The notes under the pieces were generated by a model. That model had not been told where the DNA came from. It searched no databases and saw nothing but the letters and a program-made list of their open reading frames with translations. 64,000 bases of DNA from the human T2T-CHM13v2.0 reference genome, Homo sapiens. Of this stretch, positions 28,500 to 41,480 are shown in pieces. The translations under genes and the position numbers were made by a program. How positions within the stretch are numbered: the stretch's first letter is position 1; every line of letters starts with the position of its first letter. Location: the NCBI RefSeq assembly GCF_009914755.1, contig NC_060939.1. The stretch is one strand, 5' to 3'.

Positions 28500-28798
28500 A
28501 TTTATTACTAATTTTTGAGACAGGGTTTCACTCCTGTCTCCCAGGCTGGAGTGCAGTGGCACGATCTTGACTCACTACGACCTCTGCCTCACAGGTTCAA
28601 GTGATTGTCCTGCCTCAGCCTCCTGAGTAGCTGGGATTACAGGCATGCGCCACCACGCCCAGCTAATTTTTGTATTCTTAGTAGAGATGGGGTCTCACCA
28701 TGTTGGCCAGGCTGGTCTCAAACTCCTGACCTCAAGTGATCTGCCCACCTTGGCCTCCAAAAGTGCTGGGATTACAGGCGTGAGCCACGTGCCCCGAC
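28500..28798 (-). mobile_element. Alu
   Basis: Full Alu; TSD tgttttcattt. Confidence 0.95.
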
Positions 28799-29579
28799 TA
28801 TGTTTTCATTTTAATGAACATCTTTTAAAATCAATTTAAAGAAATCCTGGAGCATTCGGAAGAGAGGGAGGGAAGAGGGACCCACGACTTAGGATTGTAT
28901 CAGTGCCAAGGGGTCAGTGCTGCTTGACCCCAGGAGGAGGGGGGAAACGTGCTGACGGTTGTCACAGGGCCTGAGTGGCAAGCAGAAGGGAGCTAAAGCA
29001 CTGCTTGGCACCCAGGACAGGCGCTGAGCTCCGAAGAACCTGGGTCCTGGCAGCCGCTCCTTCCTCCCATGAGACAGCCTATTTGGTGTCTGCAGAACAT
29101 CATCCACTACTTTAAATGAATGCTGTTCATTTGAGTTTTATTGGTTTTGTAGTTTTGTTTAGCCTTGATTGGTAAATGTGTCTTGATTTTATACTTGAAA
29201 GGAGAAATAATTACAAAGAGTTTATACCTAGCCTTATGAATAATAAAATTGACTCGAAGCAGCCCTGGAAGGCCTGGAGGAGTATTGGCCCCTAGACAGT
29301 CTGTACATTATAGGTGTTTGGGAACCCAGCTGTTGATGACCTAGACCTGTGGGTAAACAAGGCTGCCTATGAGATGGGCCTGTGCAAAGAAGCCACCTTC
29401 TACCGAGGCTTACTGGGCACCAGGCTCTGGGCCTGTTGCTTTGTTGCATTATTTTTTTTTTTCATTTAGTCTCCCGACAATCCTATGGAGTGGCATTTAT
29501 CTCATTTTTCAGCTGAGGATCCTGAGGCCCAGACACGTTAGGTAACTTGCCTAAGATCACAGAGCAGGGAATTGGATCT

Positions 29580-30026
29580 GCTAAAACTTTATTGACGGCA
29601 TATGTTAAAGACAGTAAGAAAGACTTTATTTGAGGTGGGGGGCAGTGTTGGACAGGGACCGCTGCAGCTGGGAAGAGAGATTGGGGTCCCCTCTGAATAC
29701 AGTACAGGCAAGTGGGAATTGATGGCCAAGGAGCAGGGTGGGCTCAGTGGATGGAAAACCTCTTAAGAGGAAACACCTGGGGGGATTCTTGCTGAAGGCA
29801 GGCCAGGTGATCAGACGTTCCCTGGAGGCCGTGGGGCATGAAGACCACGATCAGACAGGAAGGGCAATCAGATGTGGAGGGCGGAGGATTCCAGCAAGAC
29901 CAATTTAGCAGGACTCTTGCTAAAACCGAACAATCCAGAGACAAACACGGAAGCCCAAAGCCCAGGCCTAACTGGAAGGCTCAGGGCGGCCTGAGGAGAG
30001 ATGGGTCAAGGCGGGGATCATTGTCA
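29580..30026 (-). mobile_element. ERV1-class LTR (MER31-like) inserted in a MIR
   Basis: Minus strand begins tgacaatgat...ttttagcaagagtcctgctaaa; MIR sequence on both sides (~29460-29575 and ~30027-30080). Confidence 0.65.
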
Positions 30027-32869
30027 GAACTCAGATTCTAGCCCGACTCTGAAGGCCGAGCCTGTCACCACCTCATGCAATGGCTTTCCCTGCGGTCTCC
30101 CAAGGGGCTTTGCACCAGTATGAGCTTATGTAGTTCTTCCCGCTGCCCAGTGATTAAGGCCTAGTCCTGCACCCAGTTGATAGCTAGGGCAGTGAGGCTC
30201 AGACACAGCCTGTGGCTTAAGATGAGGGTCAGAGAACCTGCTGTGAGCTCCGTGAGGACAAGGGTGTGCCGCTTCCTTCTGCCACCCGCATCCCCTTCCC
30301 TGATGGGCTGGTCACCGTGAAGGGCCCCCTCCCCACACTGCACGTGTAACTCGTGTTGTTACATATGTAAGTATGATTACACGTGTAATCACACATGTGA
30401 CTCGGTTAGTGTCTGTCTCTCACCACTAGAGGTCAGTCCCGTGAGGGCGGGCACATTCATTCGAGCGACCACAGCTGTACTGCCGACATCAAGCATAGCC
30501 CCCCAGCTCATCACGGGGCCTCATGACGTATTTGTTGAATGCCTGAATGTGCCCCCAAATCCAGACCACGACCAGCCACATCGGGGGTGGCCTACAAATG
30601 TTTGTGCCAGGAAGGAAAGGAAGAAGGACTCCTCTTGTTTTATGCAACCAACACCCACCCTGGGGCACTTGCCTTAAGGGATTAATCTGAGATCATTAGC
30701 AGAGAAAGGGAAGGTCAAGTCCACTCAAGAAGGCGGTTGCCGGAGTTTTCCTGCTCCACCCTGGGGAGGGACCCCTGGCCCCGCAGACCTGGTCCCTGGT
30801 GGTCCCGGCCCCAGCCTTGACCTGAGGGCCACTCAGCGGCCCTGCTCATCAAACCGCTCTGATGGAGCCTGCCTGCCCTTTGAGCCCCTCCTCAGTCAGC
30901 CTCCCAGTGGGGGCCTGGCCCCACCCTCTGCTTACCCCAGAACCAGAGCCCTGGTTTGACTCCGCCCCTGCTGTGGGGCTCACGAGCATGCCTTGAACAC
31001 AGGCTGCCTGTGCCCCCTGGAGCGCCCCGCCCCAGCTCGTTCTCTGCCCTCAAGCGAGGAGTAGGTGGGCGCAGTGAGCGGTGGGGTGGACGCGTGCTCT
31101 CCTACCAGACCCTGCTTGTAACCTGGAGTGGGTCAGTTGGCTTCTCTTTGCTTCTGTCTGTCCGTCTGTAAACCAGGGCAATATCTGCTTTCTAGGGTTT
31201 TTGTGAAATTTGACAAAGCAATGCAGGACTCGTTTCTATTTCCCAAGGAGGTAGACGTGGTGTCCAGAGGACGACAAAGATGGCAGCTCACCATGCACGT
31301 GGACCAGAGCCCACTCCATGGCTGGGCGAGCTGGGCAGTGGGTGACTGGCAGGAAATGGTCAGCTTGGAGGAACGGTGCCCTCGAGGTGGTCAGTAACGG
31401 GAGGGCTGAAGAGAACAGCGGCCAGTTACTAAGAGCACACGGTGGGCCGGCCGCCGCGCTGCATGCATTACATTTCATCTTCAGGACCGCCACGTGAGGG
31501 AGGTGGCGTCATTGTTCCCTCACAGCTGAGATAGCTGAGGCTGCAAAACAAGGAAAACCCACCCTTTTCATGCAGCCAGTAGGTGACAGAGCTGGGAGCC
31601 TGGATCGGGTCTGGTTCTGGAGCCCGGGCCCTTCCTTCGGTCTGGGTGTGTCTGTGCCCATGCCACTGTCCATCCCTGGCCATCCAGGCCCGTGAAACAC
31701 AAGGTCCCTCCCCCTAGGCCAGGGCGTGGCGGGGTAGGGTGGGGCTGGTCCAGTGGACAGAGCTCTTGCATCGTTTCCTTGACGGGGTGCTTTGGGGACT
31801 GCTGCTTCCCATATTGCCAACTGCCTTATGTCCTTTACAGTCCTGCGGTCAGCATGGCCCCGAGCCAGCTCACCAGGGTAATAAACTGCCACAAGCCCCT
31901 TCTCTGTAACAGCTGACGCTGGCCTTGTTGCACAGATGGAGCTCAGAGTGAGCTCAAAACCAATTCCCCAGACAGTGTCTGAACACGTCTTTGTTCTTCT
32001 CTGGGCAGATCTGCTTGGCCAGACACATTCTGCTTTGGCTGAACGGCCTGGAGAGGGCTCCAATTCCTGCTGGGGAGAGCTGAGGGAGCAGGTTTGAGTT
32101 CAGATGTGGAAGAATCCAAGTGCCGTCTCAGGGTCACCCTGGGCAAGGACAGGGTGATGCTGGGCGACATGAATGTTTTCGCCTTGGGATCTGGGCTGCC
32201 TGGGATCACAGCCCTCATTCCGGAACGCCACTGACATTACGAGCGTGCCTTGCACACTGGCTGCCTGCAGCTGTCTATTAATTCAGACCATCCTGCTAGG
32301 ACTTTCTGAGAGTGTTAGTTTCTGTTCCTTTGCCTTCAGGGTTCTGCTACTAACACCATGTCTATATCTTAGGGAGGGAAGGATTAAAAAGTCGAAATGT
32401 TGAAAAGCCCTGCAGGATGGGGAAGGTGGCTAAGGAAAGCTGTTGATAGCAGGGTTGGGGGCCTTGGCTGTGCCGATTCAGAAGGTGGTGGTTTCCCAGG
32501 GGACAATGGGAACTTCCACGGAATGAGGTCTGTAGACTCCTGGTTAGAGGGTTTGGGGGGCAGGGGTCTTCCCATTGCAGCAAGCTTCTTTCCATTGTTT
32601 CAAGGGTTTGGTAAGTAAGGCCAATCAGACCAAAGAGATGTGATTTCTGGACCATACCTGAGATTTGCACACAGGAAAGTGCAGTCCCTGCCCTTGTGTG
32701 TCTTGTCTGCTGGGAGACACAGGTATGCGAGGGCGGAGGGTGGACTGTTTCTTCAAGACGCCCTCTCCCCAGTTCTGGCTGGTCAGCCTGGGAGTATGTC
32801 AGGGCAGGGGTGGCGTGGCATGCAGGAGCTGCCCCATGGACATTGCCTTAATGAACGAAACTGTTAGTT

Positions 32870-33198
<329 letters not shown>

Positions 33199-33204
33199 GA
33201 AACT

Positions 33205-33550
33205 GTTTAATATTGAGTGCCAACTTGATTGGATTGGAGGATGCAAAGTATCGTTCCTGGGTGTGTCTGTGAGGCTGTCGCCAAAGGAAATTAACATTTG
33301 AGTCAGTGAACTGGGAGACAGAGACCCACGCTTAACCTGGGTGGGCACCATCTAATCACCTGCCAGCGAGGCTAGGATAAAAGCGGGCAGAGGAATGTGG
33401 AAGGGCTAGACTGGACGAGTCTTCTGGCCTTCATCTTTTTCTCATGCTGGCTGTTTTTTACCCTCAAACATTGGACTCCAAGTTCTTCAGCTTTTGGACT
33501 CTTGGACTTACACTGGTGGTTTGCCAGGGGCTCTCGGGCCTTCAGTGTCC
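33205..33550 (+). mobile_element. ERVL LTR (MLT2A-like), partial
   Basis: ttaatattgagtgccaacttgattggattggaggatgcaaagtat...ggactccaagttcttcagcttttggac. Confidence 0.85.
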
Positions 33551-33715
33551 CAAACCTGCTCCTCCCATGATCTTTCCAGTCATGGTAAATGGCACCACCA
33601 TTTCCCCAGGTGCTCAGACCCCTGGGGAAGACATCGTGGTGTCCTGTCAAGCTCGCTCTCTCCCCAAGCCCTGTCAGCCCCACCTTCTTATTAGACCCCA
33701 AAGGCCATCATTTCT

Positions 33716-34123
33716 TTTCTTAAAATTATGATTATACTTTCAGTTATGGGGTACACGTGCAGAACGCACAAGTTTGTTACATAGGTATACACGTGCCATG
33801 GTGGTTTGCTGCACCTATGAACCCGTCATCATCTACATTGGGTATTTCTCCTGATGCTCTCCCTCCCCCAGCCCCCCACCCACTGACAGGCCCCAGTGTG
33901 TGATGTTCCCTTCCCTGTGTCCATGTGTTCTCATCGTTCAACTCCCACTTACGAGTGAGAACATGCGGTGTTTGGTTTTCTGTTCTTGTGTTAGTTTGCT
34001 GAGAATGATGGTTTCCAGCTTCATCCATGTCCCTGCAAAGGACATGAACTCATCCCTTTTTATGGCTGCATAGTACTCCATGGCGTATATGTGCCACATT
34101 TTCTTTATCCAGTCTATCATTGA
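33716..34123 (-). mobile_element. L1PA 3' end
   Basis: ORF2 C-terminus MIDWIKKMWHIYAMEYYAAIKRDEFMSFAGTWMKLETIILSK plus L1PA 3' UTR; TSD ccat(c/t)atttct. Confidence 0.92.
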
Positions 34124-34208
34124 GCCCATTATTTCTGATAATCGCTGCATTGCCACTGCCTCAGACTGGCTCCTGACTTCCTCTTTCTTCCCCAGCGGCC
34201 CCAAGTCA

Positions 34209-34569
<361 letters not shown>

Positions 34570-36204
34570 TCATTCCTACACTCAAAGCCCGTGAACGGCT
34601 TCCTCTGGCAACTGGAGTCAAACATCAAGTCCTCCCGGAGCCGGAGAGCCCTGCAGTACTTTGGCTGCTCTGTGGCCTCACCTGGGACCCCTGGTCTGTC
34701 CACTTGCTACTGTCCAGTGACAGTGGCTTCCCACCATCCCTTAAACTCCCCCTTTGCTGCTGCTGCTCTAGGGCTGTTACACTGTTTTCTCTGCACAGAA
34801 TGCTCTGTCCGGCTCTGCATGGCTTGTTCCTGAAATGCATGCAGGTGAGCTAGTCGGAGGCCTCCCCTTAACCCCACCACAGATGAATGCCCCTTCTCAC
34901 CCTCCTGCAATCCAAAATGTGTGTCTCTCGGAAGCTCTGGCCCACTTCCCTTTTCTCTGTGGAGCTCGTTACCATGGGACCCTGGGTTTTGTAACTGTGG
35001 TTTATTGCCTTGTCTTTCCAATAAGAATGCACAGCAGTCTGTCTGGGTCATTGCGGTAGCCCCTCACACCCCCCTGAACAATGCTGGGTAGACACCCAAT
35101 AGAGTTATCAAATGGATAAATAAATGCAATTGCAGAGGGGAGGCGGCCACTTTTGGCGGCCTCCATGCGTGGTGCCAGGGCCATGTGCGAGGCCATTGAC
35201 GAGTGTTAGCTCACTGGATTTCCATACTGACCTCGGGAGGTGGAGACTCACAAATCCATTTTACAAATAAGGAATCTAAGGCTCAAAAAATCCCAAGGAG
35301 ACCACACAGCTCGCGACGGGTTGAGCCAGTTTTGACGCCAAGTTTGCCTGCAGCCCGAGCCCAAGTGCCACCCCTGCTCCATGCCACTTGCTGGCACAGC
35401 TCTGATGACTGTCTCCTGCCTGGCTCTGACGGGTCTCTGCCCAAGTGTTCTGGTAATGATGTTCACCCCCCCGTCTGCCCCCTTCATCGTGACTCTCATT
35501 CATTTGTTTTAAAGGCCATTTCTCTCCTGTCCTATAGCCTTGCACATTCTGGTTAGCTAAACAAGAACTCCAGTTCTCGGCAACACATCAGTGAGACAGG
35601 ATGGGGCGGGGAGAGGCGCCCACCTCCGTGTGCTAATGCATTTACCTCCAGGCCGCAGGCCTCCGCGGAGCTGGCAGCCAGGAACCTCCAGAGGCTCCCA
35701 ACCTAGCCCATCCTGCAAGATGAAGCTGCTTCTTGGGAATCTTTTAGCTCAGGATGCTGTGTTCCATATTCACGACGGCATTTCCATGCTCGTGAGGGCA
35801 ACCAGTAGTAAGTAGCATGGCACTTGGGAAAGAATTCCAGCCGGTTACATTTAGGGTCCTGGAAAAAAAATTCCAAACCAAGAATACTTTGTGGCTAGTG
35901 CCATTTAGCATTTTCATCTAGTAGAGATTTCTTTTTTCTTTTTCTTCTGTGTGCCCTGGCTTCTCAGGAACTGTTCTCTGTGCCGGACGAGCACCAATGG
36001 CTCCGCTCCTCCTTGCTGCCTCCCTGAGTCGCTCTGTCCCTGGGACTGCTAAGGGCACGGGGCCTGTAGTGACGGTTCCGGCCGCCAGGGAAGATGCTGG
36101 GTACGTTTTGTCCTTTCCAGTCTGGTTCCTGCCTCCCAAACCCAACTCCCGTGTTCTCTCTGGGAGCCCTGCAAGAACAGGGCTTTAGAACGTTCTCCTT
36201 TTTT

Positions 36205-36595
<391 letters not shown>

Positions 36596-37478
36596 TCACC
36601 TCTCCCAAGAGTCCAGGGTCTGTATCGCCCCTTTCCTTCTCCCCTTAACTGATTTATCTTGCTTTGGGATAATACCACCCCCTTCCCTCCCCACGACCAG
36701 ACAAGCCATGTGTGCCCTGCCCTCTCCTAAGCAATTTACAGGAATGAACTCCTGACTCTCCAAACAACTGTATGGGACAGGCACCCCCCCATCTTCCAGA
36801 GAACAGCATGCAGGCTCAGAGAGGTGAAGTGACTTGCCCATGGTCACACTGCTGGGGAGGTGGAGAAGCCAGGATGTAGGCTGGCTTAACTGTGCTGCTA
36901 TTCTGCCTCATGGCATTTAGTTTGAAGAGAAGGGGCTTCAGGACAATACTAACCTAGGTGCACAGGTTGTCCTTCCCGTTGCTAAGGAGCCCTAGGCAAG
37001 TCAGTTAATCTCAGAGTCTGTTTCATCGGCAAAATGGGCCTGAATTTCTTCCTGATTCACTGGGTAGTTTGTACAGATGAAATGTGATCACAGCTGCCAA
37101 TAAACCTGGTCCCACAGTGACGTGGACAGCAGCCTCCTGCAGCACCACTGCTCCGCCCGGGCTATGAGAAGATGGGCACTGGCAGGGAGGGTGGCAGGCA
37201 GTCCCAACAGCTGGGGCTCCAGGCTGATAGCAGTGGCTGAGAGGGAGTCATCCCAGATCTCAGGCTATCCCACCCATCTCATCCCAGAGGGCACCATATG
37301 TCTCTCCACCACATAGTCACCTGTCTCCCTGACTGTGTTCCACTGTCACTAGAACAAGAGGATCTGGGCCTGCCAAGCTCCAAAGACAGCTCATCGTGAG
37401 GAGGAAAAGTGACTTTACAAAAGCAATGTGTGGTGGCTGTTAAACTGCTGCATCTTCTATCCGCCTTCACACCATTCT

Positions 37479-37661
37479 CACGCACATACACATGCGCACA
37501 CACATGCCTACATGCACACACACAGGCATGGGCGCACACACAGGCATGCGCACACATGCGTACATGCACGCACACAGGCACGCACGCGCACACACAGGCA
37601 CGCACACACACAGGCATGCATACACATGCGCGCACACACACATGCGCGCACACACACACAC
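37479..37661. repeat. Degenerate alternating purine-pyrimidine (CA/CG/TG) repeat
   Basis: About 180 bp of cacacacaggcatgcgcgcacac-type units. Confidence 0.92.
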
Positions 37662-37739
37662 TTGCTGCAGGGGATCCCACCACCAAAGTCCATCCTCCAC
37701 CCGCCTCAAGGGAGCCAAAGTCTGTTCAGAAAACAAACT

Positions 37740-39341
37740 CCAACACATCTAAAAGAAAATAACAAAAAAACCAAACTTTACTTGCATTTAGCCATTAATA
37801 AATAATTTACAGTATGTACACGCGGTGACACTCCACACAGGTCGCAGACACGTGGACGCAGTGAGGGGTCCCCACTTCCAAGCAGAACGTGAGCAAACAC
37901 AACCAAAATAAAGTGCTTCACTTTTTACTTCCAACATAGGGACCAACTAAAACCAGCAGGGAGAGGGAGGGGCCGGGCCCCGAGCGCCCTCCCACCCGCC
38001 CACACACGGTTCTGGCAGAGGGAGCAGGACCTCTTGGAGGGAGGGGGAGACACACGTTCTGCAGCCTCCTGGCCAGTGTATGAGAGGTCCCTGGGGAACA
38101 GCAGAGGGGCTGCCGATGGGTGGGTAGGGTGTGGAGCTGTAGGGCTGCTGGCAGGATCACCCTCCAGGGCCTGGCTGCACTTTTGGGAGTGAAGCCTGGC
38201 TTTGTGCTGTGGGCATAGCAGCACAGGTGGGACTGTTCTGGGCCCCTGGATGAGCACCCTGGGCTGAAATGAGGCGGGAGCCAGCGGCAAGTCTCTCCTG
38301 GCTGTGTGGCCACAGGGCTTAAGGGAAGAGATTAGAGGTTGAAGACCCTGCCAGGGATGCTCAGAGCTGAGAGTCCTAAGACCCTGCTCCTCTCCCCAGA
38401 CTCCAGACGTGGATGGACCGGGCTGGGGGCTCTTGGGGTTGTGAGGAGGAAGCAGAGGATCAGGGCAGGCCAGCTGGCCCCATCCACTGGGTCTCCTGCC
38501 ACACCCTGGGGCCCAGGCACCCCTGCCCAGGAGCTCTTGCATCTGCAGGAGGGAGAGGAACAGAAGTCAAGGATCTCTTCTCTGTTTAGACATTTAGAAC
38601 CAAGCACTTCGACTTTCTAAGCACAGGGTGGAAGGGGCAGGGGCCCAGGCCAGAGACGGGCAGCTGAGCAGGTGCCTGAAAACCGGGACCTGCACTGGTA
38701 CCCACAGCAGCCAGGTGAACATGGGCAGGGAGGCCACAGGCCAGAAGGCACCAGGCGGGCACGACCTACTGGCCAAAAGGTTCCAGCAGTCTGCTAAGGT
38801 GCCAAGCAGCGCCCCGGGGTTGCCCTGCCTGGGGCCAAGCCCCAAGGATGCCTCCCTGTGTGGCTGGGGTGTCCCCGCTGGCCTAGGGGGATCGAGTGTG
38901 CTCTCGTGTAAGAGTGTGTGCGTGCGTGTGGCGGGCACAGGGGGCCCCACGGATCAGCGAGCAGCAGTCGGCCGGGCCTTTCAGTGCATTGCGAGGGGGA
39001 AGGAGCTGACTCTGACGGTTCCCAGTGTGTCTCTGGTGGGGGTGGGGGGCTTCAGCCTGAGGGGATGTTTCACACATTCACACTGCAGGGGCGGGGCGAG
39101 GGGAGCTGCTCTCCCTCTCACACAGCTCTACTGTCAAACATCACGGCACCAGTCACCACAACCTTGTCACGTGCACTAGAAGGGGAGGGGTCCATGCCTG
39201 AGCCCTTGGCAGCAGGCGGTCCCTGGCGTTCTGCGGGGCCATGGTGGACACGCCAGGAGATCTGCACCCCGTGGGCGGTCCCAGCCCACACATGGGGAAG
39301 CCGAGAGGACGGAGCCCGCGCCTCCCTCCACATCTACGCGT
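37740..39341 (-). other. RGMA: RGMA 3' UTR (main 3' end approximate)
   Basis: Unique sequence after the stop. Variant poly(A) signal AGTAAA on the minus strand at 37924-37929 and 37777-37782, each followed by U/GU-rich tracts. Confidence 0.7.
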
Positions 39342-40049
39342 CTAGCAGAACACAGGGAGCAGGGCCAGGAGCGGGACCAGGGCGCCCAGGAGGGGCCGGG
39401 GGGCCAGGGGCAGCCCCGCAGCCGCCCTGCCTGGCAGGTCCCGAGTCCTCTCATACAGGTGCAGTTTGTCTTTGTTGGAGTGGAGCATCTTGACATCCTC
39501 CAACGCGTAGTAGGCGGCCAGTGTGAAGTTCACGTCGCCCGTGGTGAGGAGGTCGAAGACGCAGGCCTGGTAGTACAGGTCCTCCACCGGCAGCTTCTCC
39601 TTGCACTTGGCCACGGCTGTCTCGTATGGGAAGGTCTCGGGGGCTGTGGGTGCAGGGCTGGCGGCTGCCAGCCTGCGGGCACCGGTGCCCTCAGCATTGG
39701 TGTGGAAGGCCTGGAAGTCGATCTGCTGGTTGAGGGGGCAGCCCCGCAGGCAGAGGTAGAGACCCTGGCTGTCCCAGTCCTCCACAGCATTGACCACTTC
39801 CTCTGGCATGCGGACGGCAAAGGTCAGGTAGCGGCCCACCTGGCGCACCACGATGGTGGTGCCGATGTACTTGGCCTGGATCTCCACGTGCTGGCCTGAC
39901 ACCTTCTCAGTGATCTTCAGGCTGTTGGCCCCGTGCTTGTCCCCACCGTTCTTAGAGCCATCCACGAAGGCGGCCGGGAGCTCGTCCATCTCAGCCTGGT
40001 ACACCTTCTGGTCCACACACTCCTGGAAGTTCTTGAAGATGATGGTGAG
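39342..40049 (-). CDS. RGMA: RGMA last coding exon (C-terminal vWF-D-like part plus GPI-anchor signal)
   Basis: Minus strand ccccggcag|CTC ACC ATC; 708 nt = 235 aa + TAG. Encodes [28 protein letters not shown]...[24 protein letters not shown]...[10 protein letters not shown]. Confidence 0.98.
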   Translation of the reverse strand, partial: LTIIFKNFQECVDQKVYQAEMDELPAAFVDGSKNGGDKHGANSLKITEKVSGQHVEIQAKYIGTTIVVRQVGRYLTFAVRMPEEVVNAVEDWDSQGLYLCLRGCPLNQQIDFQAFHTNAEGTGARRLAAASPAPTAPETFPYETAVAKCKEKLPVEDLYYQACVFDLLTTGDVNFTLAAYYALEDVKMLHSNKDKLHLYERTRDLPGRAAAGLPLAPRPLLGALVPLLALLPVFC

Positions 40050-40384
40050 CTGCCGGGGAAAGGGGCAGAGGAGAGTGGGTGAGGCACAGTGGGAGGAGGC
40101 ACAGCCCCACACTTAAGATGCTCTAGACTGAGAGGAGGGCAGGAAGGATCCCCAGGGATGCCCCAGACACTCCCTTCTCCAGGTTGGACAGATCAGTTCC
40201 ACCTGCGCAGCTGTGCACTTCACATTCTTTCAATGAAAACAACTTGCCCTTTTTACTTTAAAAAGTGACTTAGAAAAATGTTAGACCACTACCCTAAGTA
40301 GAAAACTAGCTCTTTTACTATATAGGGAAGTGAACCAGAAAAATAAAAGCATAGATAATTAAAAATAAAAGGTCAAAAGCCCAG

Positions 40385-40860
40385 TGTGGTAGGCTGAATA
40401 ATGGCTCCCAAGAAGAACATGCCCTAATCCCTGTAACTTGGGAATGTTCCCTTAGATGGCAAAAGGGACCCTGCAGATATGATTAGGTTAAGAACACTGA
40501 GATGAAGAGATTATTCTGGATTACCTGGGTGGGCCCTAGATGGAATCACAAGTATCTTTATAAGAAGGAGGCAGAGGGAGATTTGACTAACTAGGACAGA
40601 GGAGAAGGTGATGTGCTCAACAAGGCAGAGATTCGAATGATGTGGCCACAAACCAAGGGATGCTGGCAACCACCAAAAGCTGGAAATGGCAATGAATGGA
40701 TTCTCCCCTGGAGTCTCCAGGACCAGCCCTGCTGATACCTTGATTTTATCCCCACGAGACATATTCCCAACTTCCGGCCTCCACAATTATAAAACATTTC
40801 TGTTGGTTTGAACCACTCAGTTTATGCTAATTTGCTACAGTGGCGATAGGAAATGAATAT
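40385..40860 (+). mobile_element. MaLR LTR (MLT1C/D-like)
   Basis: tgtggtaggctgaataatgg...gattattctggattacctgggtgggccc...ttgctacagtggcgatagga. Confidence 0.85.
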
Positions 40861-41289
40861 GGTTTGCAAACATCATCTTGCATAATGACAGTGGTACTGG
40901 AACACAATTCCTGACAAAGGACCCAAGCAAATGTCTGAACATTACAGCAGATGGAATGGAGGGAAATGATGCTCAAAGAAAGAATGAATAGGGCAAAATC
41001 CATGCAAGCAGGCAGAGGCAAGCAGAAGCCACTGTCCCAAGGCTGCTGAAAGGGGTCCCCAAGCTGGGTCATGGAGGAGGGGAACAGGAAAGGAGCAAGG
41101 TGCTGGTCGGTAAAAGGGAGATGGAGGTTCCAGGCTGAACGGGCAGCCTTGGCCAGGGCTGGAGCAGGGAGGCTCCTTTCTGCAGGAGCCTGTGGCCAGG
41201 GGTGAGGGGCTGGACTGAGCTGCTGGAGCAGCAGCTGGCTGGGTGGCACTGTGTTCTCCTGAGAGCCAGACACAGGGGCATTGGCTGCA

Positions 41290-41480
41290 TACAGCATGCC
41301 AGGCACTGCGTGTATTACTTCCAGTCTCGTGTGACACTGCAAGGGTCGGTGACATTACTCTCAATTTTCCGGATGAGAAAATGTAGGCTCAGAGAGAGGC
41401 AGTAACTTGCCTAAGGTCACACAGCCAGCAAGAGGCAGAGCTGGGATTAGACTCTGGGTTTCCAGACTCTGGGCTCTCTT
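41290..41480 (-). mobile_element. MIR
   Basis: gatgagaaaatgtaggctcagagagaggcagtaacttgcctaaggtcacacagc. Confidence 0.75.

Noticed and set aside
30423-30436. CTCF-like CCACTAGAGGTCAG
   Set aside because: Mismatch in the core and located in an L2-like remnant; it cannot be supported without ChIP data.
37279-37805. His/Thr- and Cys/Val-rich ORFs
   Set aside because: Translations of the CA/TG simple repeat.
40050-40112. N-terminal MWGCASSHC... of the 256-aa ORF
   Set aside because: Intronic polypyrimidine/acceptor region; the real exon starts at 40049.
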